From Polyangiaceae bacterium (GTDB lineage: Bacteria; Myxococcota_A; Polyangia; Polyangiales; Polyangiaceae): a DNA stretch of 64,000 nt. Position 1 is the first letter of the stretch; each line of letters begins with the position of its first letter. The notes beneath the pieces were generated by a model that saw only the letters and a list, made by a program, of their open reading frames with translations, did no database searches and was not told where the DNA came from. Below are positions 8,533 through 18,057 of the stretch, piece after piece. A program made the translations under genes and the position numbers. The DNA lies in assembly GCA_044222475.1 (NCBI GenBank), contig JBGANF010000010.1, positions 1 to 64,000 of the forward strand, given 5' to 3'.

Positions 8533-9811
8533 CGGGCTGGAAGCGGAAGATCTCCTCTTCGGATCGCGGAGAGTCGTTCTTCTCGTCGGGCAGCACCGAG
8601 CGGTACACGCGGAGGAAGCGCACTTCGCGCGGCAGCGGTTCGCCGTGGTGCGCGAATATGGTGTAGTATGCACGCAATCGATCGCCGTCCACTGGAGCCG
8701 TCACGCCGGCCAGCGCGAACACGGTGCCCCACTGCCGTTGGGTGCGCTTCCCTTCTGCGTCCCTGGCGTGAACGAGCTCGTACGAGGTTCCGTCGTCGCG
8801 GACGACGAGGATGCGAAGGTCGGGGATCGAGGTGCCCGCGTAGTGCTCGAAGGTCGGATAGCAGGCGAACGGGTAGCTCTGGGTCTGTCCCCGAACGCCT
8901 TGGACGACGACGCCGAGCAGAATCAGGCCGCCGACCGCGAGCGTCGGCCACCCGCGTGACGCCCGAGCGAGCGTCTCCTCGCGAACGAGCCCGAGGCGCT
9001 CTCCGATGGCTCGCACGTCGACCAGGACGACGTAGCACGCCCACAAGGCGAAGAACGGGATGCGGAAGACGGCCTGGGCCGACAGGTGAAACGCGACGCC
9101 GGCGATCGCTCCCACGAGGCGCGTCCGCGGCACGAGAAAGAGCACCGGCGCGGACAGCTCGAAGAGAAGAACGCCGAGCCCGCCGATCGCGAGCAGCGTC
9201 GGGTGCTGGTCGAGCCGGATCGCCGGGATGTCTCCGTACTCGGCCCACTTCCAGTAGAGCTGGTTTCGCAGGTTGTCCGAGACCGCCCAGCCGAGACCCT
9301 GCGCCCACACCTTGTGGAGACCAGGAAAGACGTACACGCAGCCGAGGATCGCGCGGGCGATCTGCAGCGGCACGCCGTACGCGCGGGACGGTGGCGACGC
9401 GACCTTGGCGTCGACGGCCCACGCGTGATCGCACGGGCTCGCGGCGAGGAGCGCGGCAAGCCAGAGGAGGTGCATGTCGTGCCAGACGAAGCCGGTGAGC
9501 TGGGCCAGCGAGCAGAGGTAGAACGCCCCCACGGTCATCACGCCGAGCGCGATTCGAGCGCGCAGGCCCGCGATCGCGAGGAGCGCGGCGAACACGGTGA
9601 GCACTTCGACGACGATCGCCAGCGAAGGACTGATCGGAGCGAGGGCGACGAAGCCGTGAAGACCTTCGGGTACGACCCACAGCGCGCGATCGAGCGCGGC
9701 CACCCGCACGCCTTCGCGCAACCCCGGCGAGATCAGGATGAGCGCGGGAACGACGACCCGGAGCGCCGCCAGCGCGTGCGGGTGCTCATCCCGTGCGAGC
9801 GTGAGCGCCAT
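8522..9811 (-). CDS. HTTM-like multi-pass membrane protein
   Basis: Multiple TM helices, H..HLLW...SPC..AWAVD, YVFPGLHK, FELSAP..FH pattern; ATG at 9811. Confidence 0.65.
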   Translation of the reverse strand: MALTLARDEHPHALAALRVVVPALILISPGLREGVRVAALDRALWVVPEGLHGFVALAPISPSLAIVVEVLTVFAALLAIAGLRARIALGVMTVGAFYLCSLAQLTGFVWHDMHLLWLAALLAASPCDHAWAVDAKVASPPSRAYGVPLQIARAILGCVYVFPGLHKVWAQGLGWAVSDNLRNQLYWKWAEYGDIPAIRLDQHPTLLAIGGLGVLLFELSAPVLFLVPRTRLVGAIAGVAFHLSAQAVFRIPFFALWACYVVLVDVRAIGERLGLVREETLARASRGWPTLAVGGLILLGVVVQGVRGQTQSYPFACYPTFEHYAGTSIPDLRILVVRDDGTSYELVHARDAEGKRTQRQWGTVFALAGVTAPVDGDRLRAYYTIFAHHGEPLPREVRFLRVYRSVLPDEKNDSPRSEEEIFRFQPATP

Positions 9812-10685
9812 CGCCGTACTCCTCGCGCAGGCTCGCGTGCGCGCGCGCGATCTCCTGCGGCGACGGGAGCGCCGCCCGCTGGAACGCGTGGCACAGCCCG
9901 GTGGGAGAGGCGAAGCCGCCAGCGCGGCTCGCGGCCTCGGTGCTGATGCCCGGCAGCGACAGCGCGAGCGCCGCGCCGGTGAGGCTGAACGACTTTCGCA
10001 GGTCACGCCATCGGGCGAACGGCATCCGGTGCCGGACGAGGAACGAGTCGACGCGACGTCGAGCGTGACGCTCCGAGAGCGCGAGGCTCCCTTCGACCAG
10101 AGTCGATGGCGGGCACGGGTCGTGCGCAGTGAGCGCGAGCGTCAACGCGCGCGCGACCGGTTCGTCGGCGGGCTCCTCCGCTTCGCCGAGCCGCGCCGCC
10201 GATCGGTGGAGCACGTGGGCCGCCGAAAGCGCCGAGACGAGCGCAGCGATCGGCTCGGCGAACGCGTTCGCCGAAGAGACCGCGCCGTACACCCGTTCGA
10301 CCACGTCGAGGTCCACCGGGAAAGTCGCGAGCCGGGGCGGCAGACGCACGAGGTGGCGTTCGACGCGCAGCGCGACCGCGCGGTGGCGCGGGAAGATGAC
10401 GACGCGTTCGTCGAAGCTGGCGTCGACCGAGGGGAACACCACCCCCGCGCCCGGTCCGACCACGACGCCGGCGGCGAGCACCCGAACGGGTCCTTCGACA
10501 GGAAGCACCACGTACGCCCGACCGTCGCTCGGTGGACGGGGAAGGAAGGCGCTGTCCCACACGAAGCCTTCCATGTCCATCGCGGACACGCGCATTTCGG
10601 CGCCGAGCCAAGAGTGGTTCGTCAGTCGTCCGGGGAGACCCGGCGGTGCGATGGTGCGCGTGATGACGGACACGGAGCGGATCAT
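9786..10685 (-). CDS. AraC-family-like transcriptional regulator
   Basis: C-terminal LSERHARR...STEAASRAGGFASPTGLCHAFQRAALPSP resembles the AraC double HTH; start uncertain. Confidence 0.6.
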   Translation of the reverse strand: MIRSVSVITRTIAPPGLPGRLTNHSWLGAEMRVSAMDMEGFVWDSAFLPRPPSDGRAYVVLPVEGPVRVLAAGVVVGPGAGVVFPSVDASFDERVVIFPRHRAVALRVERHLVRLPPRLATFPVDLDVVERVYGAVSSANAFAEPIAALVSALSAAHVLHRSAARLGEAEEPADEPVARALTLALTAHDPCPPSTLVEGSLALSERHARRRVDSFLVRHRMPFARWRDLRKSFSLTGAALALSLPGISTEAASRAGGFASPTGLCHAFQRAALPSPQEIARAHASLREEYGDGAHARTG

Positions 10686-10740
10686 ACCGCGTCCGGTAAG
10701 AGCAATGGTGAGACGGCGTGTGGTGCGTAGGCTGATGGTG

Positions 10741-11457
10741 ATGCGTGCCGTCTTCTCGGCGATCTTCCTCGTGCTCCTCGGCTGCACCACCGACGAGTTC
10801 GCCACGGACTCTGGCGACTCTGGCGGCGGCGACGCCATTCGTCCCGATGCGGCGTCGGACTCTGCCGCGAAGCCCGACGCGCCGTTCGCTTGCAGCGCAG
10901 GCAGCTGGCTCCTGTGCGACACGTTCGAGCGTACGTCCGACGTTCGAGGAACGTGGACCGCGCTCGATACGAGCGGCGGGGCGACGCTCGAGCTCGTCCC
11001 AGGTTGGGATGGAAGGGCTCTCCGGGCGAGCGCGCCTGGCGCGATGAGCGGCTGGCTGCGCTTCGACGCTCCGCAGGTGAGCTCCTACGAGCTCGGCGTG
11101 GACGTGGACGTGGTGGCCGCAGCCGGACCGGGTGAGAGGTCGAGCGTGATCGCCATCGCCAGCCCGAGCGAGACGGTGCTCTTCGACGTGGACGGCAAGA
11201 CGGCCACGCTCCACCTCACCGGGAGCGTCGAGGACACGATCGCTCTGGGTTCGTACAGTGGTCGCCACCGCGTCGAGATCCGCCGGGACCTCGGGTCGAT
11301 GCGCATCCACGTCGCCATCGATGGCACGTCGGTGGCCGACGTCGCCCGCGCCGTCATGACGCCCGGTCCGCTCAGCCTTCGCGTGGGCGTCATCGCCGCG
11401 CCGCCGTCCAGCGTACCCACCGAGGTGCGGTTCGACGACCTGCTCCTCGTGCCCTGA
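10741..11457 (+). CDS. Lipoprotein with putative beta-sandwich (ConA/LamG-like) domain
   Basis: Signal MRAVFSAIFLVLLGC, DSG/DA linker, LLCDTFE...RFDDL pattern. Confidence 0.65.
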   Translation: MRAVFSAIFLVLLGCTTDEFATDSGDSGGGDAIRPDAASDSAAKPDAPFACSAGSWLLCDTFERTSDVRGTWTALDTSGGATLELVPGWDGRALRASAPGAMSGWLRFDAPQVSSYELGVDVDVVAAAGPGERSSVIAIASPSETVLFDVDGKTATLHLTGSVEDTIALGSYSGRHRVEIRRDLGSMRIHVAIDGTSVADVARAVMTPGPLSLRVGVIAAPPSSVPTEVRFDDLLLVP

Positions 11458-11477
11458 GCCTGAGCTATGCTCCGCCC

Positions 11478-12542
11478 GTGCGCCTCCACGTCGCGATCGC
11501 GATCACCGCGTTCCTCACCGCGTGCGCGACCCACGAGCCCACGCCGGCCACCATGCCGCACGATGCACGCTCCGGCGTCGCGCCCGCCGGGGTGGAGCGG
11601 GCGAAGCTGTGCGGCACGTGGACCGATGCGGTCGGAAAGAGCGACCCCTTCGCTGCCCGACACGTCTCGTTCCCCGAGCTCGAGCCGAAGGCGTGCTTCG
11701 TCCCTGTTTGGTACAAGGGCGAGACGGAGGTCGAGGCCGGCGCCATCGAAGAAGGCTGCGGCTACCGCGCCACGGACGAGCGAGCGACGCTCGAGCGCGA
11801 GGCGCTCCGCTACGAGGCGATCGCCCGCGGCGAGAACCACGACCTGCCGCTCGAGCTCGCGTGCCCGCTTGCATCCGACGTTCGCGCTCGCGCCGCTGCG
11901 CAGAACGCGCGTACCTTGCGCGCGCTCCTCGCCACCGGCCCGCGAACGTACGCCTACTCCGTGGTCTCGACGTTCGGCTATGGCCGACCGGAGCATGGAG
12001 ACTCGGCGCTCTCGGCGTGGCGCCCGGGCGACGCGTGCCCGGCGGCGAGCGCGGTGGATCTCCACCTCTTCGGGGTGAACGTGCTCCGCGCGACGCGCGC
12101 CGCGCTCGCATGGGCGGGCGGAGTCGCACCGGTCGTGAGCTTCAGCGGTGGCGCGGTCCACTCGTCCCTCACCGAGGCGTTTCTCCTCGCGTACGTGGCG
12201 ACGTGCCGCATCGGCGTTCCGATCGACCGCGTGCTCGTCGATCCGTGCGCGGACCACACCCACACCAACGTGCGAAACACGGGCCGCCTCGTCATCGCGC
12301 TCGGCGCACGCACCGGCTACGTCGTGACCGACGACGGCATGCAGGGCGCCTACCTCCAGGAGTCGACGGCCTTCGACGCCATCGGCGGGAGCATCGATCA
12401 GCGAGCGCTGCGCGACTGGGGATACCTCATCGGGTCGTGGCGGCAGGCGAGCATCGGGATCCGCGGCGGGTTCTGGTTCACCCCGTACCGGTTTTGGGCC
12501 GATCCGCGCCTGGGCGACGCGAGCTGCACGGCGACCCGGTAG
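11478..12542 (+). CDS. YdcF/DUF218-family lipoprotein
   Basis: Lipobox LTAC; SGGAVH...EA...DPCADHTHTNVRN...YVVTD. Confidence 0.7.
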   Translation: MRLHVAIAITAFLTACATHEPTPATMPHDARSGVAPAGVERAKLCGTWTDAVGKSDPFAARHVSFPELEPKACFVPVWYKGETEVEAGAIEEGCGYRATDERATLEREALRYEAIARGENHDLPLELACPLASDVRARAAAQNARTLRALLATGPRTYAYSVVSTFGYGRPEHGDSALSAWRPGDACPAASAVDLHLFGVNVLRATRAALAWAGGVAPVVSFSGGAVHSSLTEAFLLAYVATCRIGVPIDRVLVDPCADHTHTNVRNTGRLVIALGARTGYVVTDDGMQGAYLQESTAFDAIGGSIDQRALRDWGYLIGSWRQASIGIRGGFWFTPYRFWADPRLGDASCTATR

Positions 12543-12556
12543 ACTGGGCGAACGCG

Positions 12557-13771
12557 ATGGGCATCTTCGACAAACTGTTCGGGCGCGAGCCGAAGAAGGA
12601 GGAGCCGAGCCCGGCCGCGCCCGCCGTCGCGCCCAGCGCGTCGTTCGCTCGGCCGCCGGCGCCGGCGGAGCCCTCCGAGATCGACCGTCTCGTCGACCCG
12701 AAGACGCCACCCGACGTGGCGGTGGCGATCTTTCGAGCCTTGCGCTCCACGCCGGACGAAGGAAAGGCCATCGACGAGGTCCTGCGCGCGACCGGGTCGC
12801 GCACGCTCCCCGAAGGCCTGCTCTTCGTCGTGGCTTCGGCGCTCGTCGATCGCGGACAGCGCGCAGCGGCGATCCCGTTGCTTGCACAATGCAACTCTCC
12901 GGGTGCGCTCTTGCTTCGCGCCGATCTCGCGACCGAAGCGGGTGACGCCCCCGCAGCGCTGGCGCTCGTCGAGCGCATCCTCCTCGCCGAGTTCGATCAC
13001 CCCGGCGCGAGAGAGCGCCTACGCCGCCTGCGCGACACGCTGGGCCTCGCCGTCGAGCGCAAGCCCGATGCCCAAACCACCACCGTCGTCGCGGCCGAGC
13101 CCGACACGCCGTACCGCCTCCTCCGCGAAGCCGCGCGCGGTGGCGCGGGGGCGGTCTACGAAGCGGAAGACCGCGAGCTCGGGAGAAAGGTGGCGCTGAA
13201 GGTCTACCACGAGCCCACGCGCGATCGCGCGCAGCTGCTGGCCGAGGTGCGCCTCGCGGTCGCGCTCCGCGGGCCGGGCGTCGTGCGCGTCTTCGACGTC
13301 GACGTCGAGCACGGCTGGATCGCGCTCGAGTGGCTCGCGCTGGGCTCCCTCCGCGAGCGCATCCGCGCCAGCGACGAGGCCGTCCTGCGCGCGACGCGCG
13401 AGTGGGCGCTCCCCCTCGCGCGCGCTCTCGCGCGAGTGCACGCGCTCGGATGGGTTCACCTCGACGTCAAGCCAGCGAACGTGCTCCTGCGGGCCCCGAA
13501 CGACGCCGTCCTCACCGATTTCGGCATCGCGCGCAAGCGCGGCGAAGCGAGCCCCGCCGGGAGCATGGGCTACGTGAGCCCCGAGCGCATGGGCGGCAGC
13601 CTCGCCGACCCGAAGGACGACGTGTTCGGCTTCGGACGCATCCTCGAAGACGTGCTCGACCGCTTCGGCGGCGAGCCCGGAGCTCGCGAGCTCGCGGCGC
13701 GTTGCACCGGGCCCGCCACCGCGCGCCCGGCGGACGCGGCAGCGCTCGTGTCCGCGCTGGCTTCGAGTTGA
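12557..13771 (+). CDS. Ser/Thr protein kinase with N-terminal TPR-like region
   Basis: RGGAGAVY, VALK, HLDVKPAN, DFG, SPE, DVFGFG; ATG at 12557. Confidence 0.85.
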   Translation: MGIFDKLFGREPKKEEPSPAAPAVAPSASFARPPAPAEPSEIDRLVDPKTPPDVAVAIFRALRSTPDEGKAIDEVLRATGSRTLPEGLLFVVASALVDRGQRAAAIPLLAQCNSPGALLLRADLATEAGDAPAALALVERILLAEFDHPGARERLRRLRDTLGLAVERKPDAQTTTVVAAEPDTPYRLLREAARGGAGAVYEAEDRELGRKVALKVYHEPTRDRAQLLAEVRLAVALRGPGVVRVFDVDVEHGWIALEWLALGSLRERIRASDEAVLRATREWALPLARALARVHALGWVHLDVKPANVLLRAPNDAVLTDFGIARKRGEASPAGSMGYVSPERMGGSLADPKDDVFGFGRILEDVLDRFGGEPGARELAARCTGPATARPADAAALVSALASS

Positions 13772-13802
13772 CGGGCGCGCGAATGCTCGCCACAGTTCAG
13801 TC

Positions 13803-14996
13803 GTGCCGAACTACTCCGAGCTCCTCGCGTCGGCCCGATCGGGCGTGCGCGAGATCTCGCTCGAAGAGCTGAAGCGTCGCCTCGATGCGAAGGAGCCGCT
13901 CGTCCTCGTCGACGTGCGCGAGAAGGACGAGCTCAAGCAGGGCTTCATCCCCGGCGCGATCTCGGTTCCGCGCGCCTACCTCGAGATGCAGATCGAGCAG
14001 AAGGTCCCCGACAAGAAGGCGCGCGTCGTCCTCTACTGCGCGAGCGCGGTACGCTCGGCGTTCGCCGCGGTGACGATGTCGGCGCTCGGCTACGAAAACG
14101 TCGAGATCACGAACCCCGGGTTCGTTCGTTGGAAGGACCTCGGCCTCCCGATCGAGAAGCCAGCGTCGCTCACCGACGCGCAGCACGAGCGCTACTCGCG
14201 GCACCTGCTCTTGCCCGAGGTCGGCGAGAAGGGACAATCGAAGCTCCTCGCGTCGAAGGTGCTCCTACTCGGCGCCGGTGGGCTCGGCTCGCCGGCGGCG
14301 CTGTACCTCGCTGCGGCCGGCGTCGGGACGCTCGGCATCGTCGATCTCGACGTCGTCGACGCCTCGAATCTCCAGCGCCAGATCATCCACCGCACGAGCG
14401 CCATCGGCACGCCCAAGGTCGACAGCGCGGCGAGGACCCTCGGGGAGCTCAACCCCGACGTGAAGGTCATCGGCCATCGCGAACGGCTGACGAGCGCGAA
14501 CGTGGACCGACTGTTCGCCGACTACGACGTCGTCGTCGACGGGACCGACAATTTCCCGACGCGCTACCTCGTGAACGACGCGAGCGTCTTCCTCGGGAAG
14601 CCCGTCGTCCACGGGAGCATCTTCCGCTTCGACGGCCAGATCACGACGTTCGTGCCGAAAAAGGCCGCCGAGCGGTTCTCGGTTCCACAGAGCCCCTGCT
14701 ACCGGTGCCTGTACCCCGAGCCGCCGCCGCCGCACCTCGCGCCCAGCTGCCAAGAGGCGGGGGTGCTCGGGATCCTGTGCGGCATCGTCGGAACGCTTCA
14801 GGCGACCGAGGCGATCAAGCTCCTCTTGGGCCAGGGCGACGTCTTGTCGGGCAGACTCCTCACCTACGACAGCTTGAAGATGAAGTTCCGCGAGCTCCGC
14901 CTGCGCAGGGACGTCCAGTGCCCGATCTGCGGTGACGAGCCGCGGATCCGCGAATACATCGACTACGAAGGCTTCTGCACGTCGCCGGCCCACTAG
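13803..14996 (+). CDS. moeB: Rhodanese-ThiF fusion, molybdopterin-synthase adenylyltransferase MoeB/MoeZ
   Basis: N-terminal rhodanese (DVRE, YCASAVRS), RYSRH, GAGGLGSP, SNLQRQ, CYRC and CPIC zinc motifs. Confidence 0.9.
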   Translation: MPNYSELLASARSGVREISLEELKRRLDAKEPLVLVDVREKDELKQGFIPGAISVPRAYLEMQIEQKVPDKKARVVLYCASAVRSAFAAVTMSALGYENVEITNPGFVRWKDLGLPIEKPASLTDAQHERYSRHLLLPEVGEKGQSKLLASKVLLLGAGGLGSPAALYLAAAGVGTLGIVDLDVVDASNLQRQIIHRTSAIGTPKVDSAARTLGELNPDVKVIGHRERLTSANVDRLFADYDVVVDGTDNFPTRYLVNDASVFLGKPVVHGSIFRFDGQITTFVPKKAAERFSVPQSPCYRCLYPEPPPPHLAPSCQEAGVLGILCGIVGTLQATEAIKLLLGQGDVLSGRLLTYDSLKMKFRELRLRRDVQCPICGDEPRIREYIDYEGFCTSPAH

Positions 14997-15069
14997 AGCG
15001 CACGATTCGCAGGACGGATCCGCACGAACCGCGGAGCGGTCCGGGACGAAGCTTGCCACCGTGGGGGGC

Positions 15070-16137
15070 ATGAAACTCCGTCGGCTGCAGTTTGGTTTCG
15101 TCGCGCTCAGCGCGACGGCACTCCTCTCTTTCACCTTCGCTTGCGGCTCGGTCGCGTCGACCCCGCCCGACGCCGGGCCGCAACCCGACAGCGGGCCGCA
15201 GCCCGACGCCGCCGCAGACGTCGTGACCACGCCCGACGCGGGCGTCGCTCCGGTCGAGCCCATGAACACCGCGCGAAGCTTGTTCGGTGCGGTCACTGGG
15301 ACCGACGGCCAGGTGCGCGTGTTCGGCGGGCTGTCGACGGTCGGGTTGACGAGCTCGGTCGAGGCGTACGACGCGAAGGCGAACGCGTGGACCGACGGGA
15401 CGAACGCCAAGGTCGGGCGCTACGCGCACACCGTGGCGCAAGACTCGAACGGAGACGTCTACGTGATCGGCGGCACGTCGAACGGCAAGACCCCGATCGG
15501 CACCGTCGAGATCTACTCACCGACGAAGGACGCGTGGACGAGCGCGCCGGATCTTCCGACCCCGCGCCTCGGTCTCGCTGCCGCGACCGCGAAGGACGGG
15601 CGCGTCTTCGCGATCGGCGGTGGGGTACCCGGCGCCGCGACGAACGTCGTCGAGGTGTACTCACCTGGGACGAAGACCTGGACCGCGGGTCCGAGCATGC
15701 CGACCGCGCGCCTCTCGCTCCAAGCGGTCACCGGCGCCGATGGGCTGATCTACGCGATCGGTGGACGGGACGACGACGCGACTCCGCTCGCGGTCGTCGA
15801 GGTGCTCGACCCGGTGAAGGGCGAGTGGACCTCGGCACCCTCGCTGAAGGAGGCGCGCTACTGGTTCGCCGCCACGCGCATGAACGACGGTCGCATCGCG
15901 GTCCTCGGGGGGATCGGCGCGACGGGGTTCCTCGACGGAGTCGAGGCGCTCGGGGCGAACACCGGCTGGTCGTCGCTGACTCCGATGCCCGAGAAACGGG
16001 CGTGGCTTTCGGCGGCGGTCGCAGCCGACGGGCGACTCCTCGCGCTCGGTGGCTCGATCGCGACGATCGCCCAGCAGCCGCCGCCGGTCGCCTCGGCGCT
16101 CGCGTACGACGCGAAGTCGAATGCCTGGTCCAAGTGA
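15070..16137 (+). CDS. Kelch-repeat lipoprotein
   Basis: Lipobox FAC; about six repeats with GG...VE.Y...W spacing. Confidence 0.85.
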   Translation: MKLRRLQFGFVALSATALLSFTFACGSVASTPPDAGPQPDSGPQPDAAADVVTTPDAGVAPVEPMNTARSLFGAVTGTDGQVRVFGGLSTVGLTSSVEAYDAKANAWTDGTNAKVGRYAHTVAQDSNGDVYVIGGTSNGKTPIGTVEIYSPTKDAWTSAPDLPTPRLGLAAATAKDGRVFAIGGGVPGAATNVVEVYSPGTKTWTAGPSMPTARLSLQAVTGADGLIYAIGGRDDDATPLAVVEVLDPVKGEWTSAPSLKEARYWFAATRMNDGRIAVLGGIGATGFLDGVEALGANTGWSSLTPMPEKRAWLSAAVAADGRLLALGGSIATIAQQPPPVASALAYDAKSNAWSK

Positions 16138-16173
16138 CCGCGCTCGTCTACCCTCGACCGTTGCGGGGGGGAC

Positions 16174-18049
16174 ATGGGGCGGCTGCGACTGGACTTTCTC
16201 GACATCCTGGATCGCATCGACGAGTCGGTGACGGTCTACGACAAAGAGGGTCGCTTCGTGTTCATGAACGGAGCCGCGGTGCGTCCGTTCGGTCGACCGA
16301 TGGAGGAGCTCATCGGGAAGCGACCGTGGGACCTCGTCCCATCGGGTCCGCGCACGCCGTTTCGTGACGCCCTCGAAGAGGTCCTCGCCGGCGGCCCGAA
16401 GCGCACGGTGAACACGAACATCGCGCACCTCGACCGATGGTACGAGGTCGACGTCTATCCGCACCCCGAGGGGGCGCTCGCGCTCGCGCGCGACATCACC
16501 GAAGCGCGGCGGGGCGAGATGAAGCTGCGCGAGAGCGAAGCGCAGTTTCGCGCGATGGTCGAGCACGCTCCCGAGGCGATCTGCATCTTCGACGCGGCGA
16601 GCGGCAAGTTCACCGAAGTGAACGAGGCGGCGGAGCAGCTCCTCGGCCGACCACGGGCCGCGCTCCTGACGATGGGACCGATCGAGCTGAGCCCCGAGAT
16701 GCAACCCGACGGACGAGCAACGGCCGTCGTCTTCGAGCAGACGTTGCGTCAGCTCATGCAGGATGGTGCGGTCGCGTTCGAGTGGACGGTGAACGGACCC
16801 CATGGGCAGCAGCTGCTGTGCGAGGTCCGTACCCGCGTCCTCCCTTCGACGAACCCCGTCCTGGTCCGCGCAAGCATCTTCGACGTCACCGCCCGGCGCC
16901 GGGCGCAAGAGCAGCTCGCGCAGGTGCAGCGGCTCGAGGCCGTCGCGCGCCTCGCGGGCGGCGTCGCTCACGACTTCAACAACGTGCTGAGCATCATCCT
17001 CGGTTGCACGCAGCTCGCGCTGAACGAGCTGCCGCCGACCCACAAAGTGCGCGAAGACCTGCTCGACGTCGTCAGCGCCGCCGAGCGCGCGGCGCTCGTC
17101 ACCCGGCAGCTCCTCGCGTTCGGCCGCAAGCAGGAGGCTGCTCGCCGTGTCCTCGACCTCACGGCACACATCGAGCGCGTGAAGCCGGTCCTCGCGCGGC
17201 TCGTCGGCGAAGACGTCGAGATCGAGCTCCAGCTCGCGCGGCCCCTCGGCAGCGTCCGCATCGACCCCGCCCACGTCGAGCAGATCATCTTGAACCTCGC
17301 GGCCAACGCGCGCGACGCGATGCCGGACGGCGGGCGCATCACGATCGTCACCGCGAACGTCTTCCTCGACAAGGAGTACGAGCGCCTGCACAACGGCGTG
17401 CCCCCGGGACGCTACGTGATGCTGAGCGTGGCCGACACGGGTGAGGGCATCCCGGAGAACGCGAAGTCGCACGTCTTCGAGCCGTTCTTCACCACCAAGG
17501 CGCTGCACCGCGGCACCGGCCTCGGGCTCGCGACGGTCCACGGCATCGTCAAGCAGAACGGCGGACACATCTGGGTACAGCGAGCCCGGGATGGGGGCGA
17601 CGTTCAAGGTCTACCTGCCGCTGATCGACGAGACCGCTTCCGACGCGGAGCAGGACTCGGCCCGGGGCCTCGAGCAGTACGCAGGCAAGGAGACCATCCT
17701 GGTCGTGGAGGACGACGACCGCGTCCGCCAGTTCGTGCGTCGGGCGCTCGAGCGCGGCGGGTACACGGTCCTCGAAGCGCCCAACGCGGGCGAAGCGCTG
17801 CTCATCTTCGAGATGCACCAGGGCCCGATCGATCTGATGATCACCGACGTCATCATGCCGCGCATGACGGGCCCCCGGCTCGTGGCGAGGTTGCGGGCGG
17901 TACGGCCGAGCCTGCGCGTCATCTATTTCTCCGGGTACAGCGAGGACCGGTTGGAGACCGTCGACGGTGCGCCGAACGACGCGTTCCTCGCGAAGCCGGT
18001 CGCGGTGGAGAGCCTCCTCGCGTGCGTTCGCCAAGTCCTCGACCGCTGA
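16174..18049 (+). pseudogene. PAS-PAS hybrid histidine kinase/response regulator, frameshifted at about 17575
   Basis: GGVAHDFNN H-box, NARDAM, DTGEGI, FFTTK, GTGLGL; the conserved IWVYSEPG.G.TFKVYLP is split between frames; receiver domain (VEDD, TDVIMP, SGY, KP) ends at 18049. Confidence 0.85.
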
Positions 18050-18057
18050 CGCGGCGA

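Noticed and set aside
13803..14996. ThiF/E1-like enzyme as part of a ubiquitin-like defence system
   Set aside because: No E2, JAB, CD-NTase or Ubl gene nearby; the architecture is the ordinary rhodanese-MoeB sulfur-carrier activator.
15042..15058. GG-N10-GC motif upstream of the Kelch gene (CGGGACGAAGCTTGC)
   Set aside because: The -24 half is a poor match to TGGCAC, and such spacings arise often by chance at this GC content.
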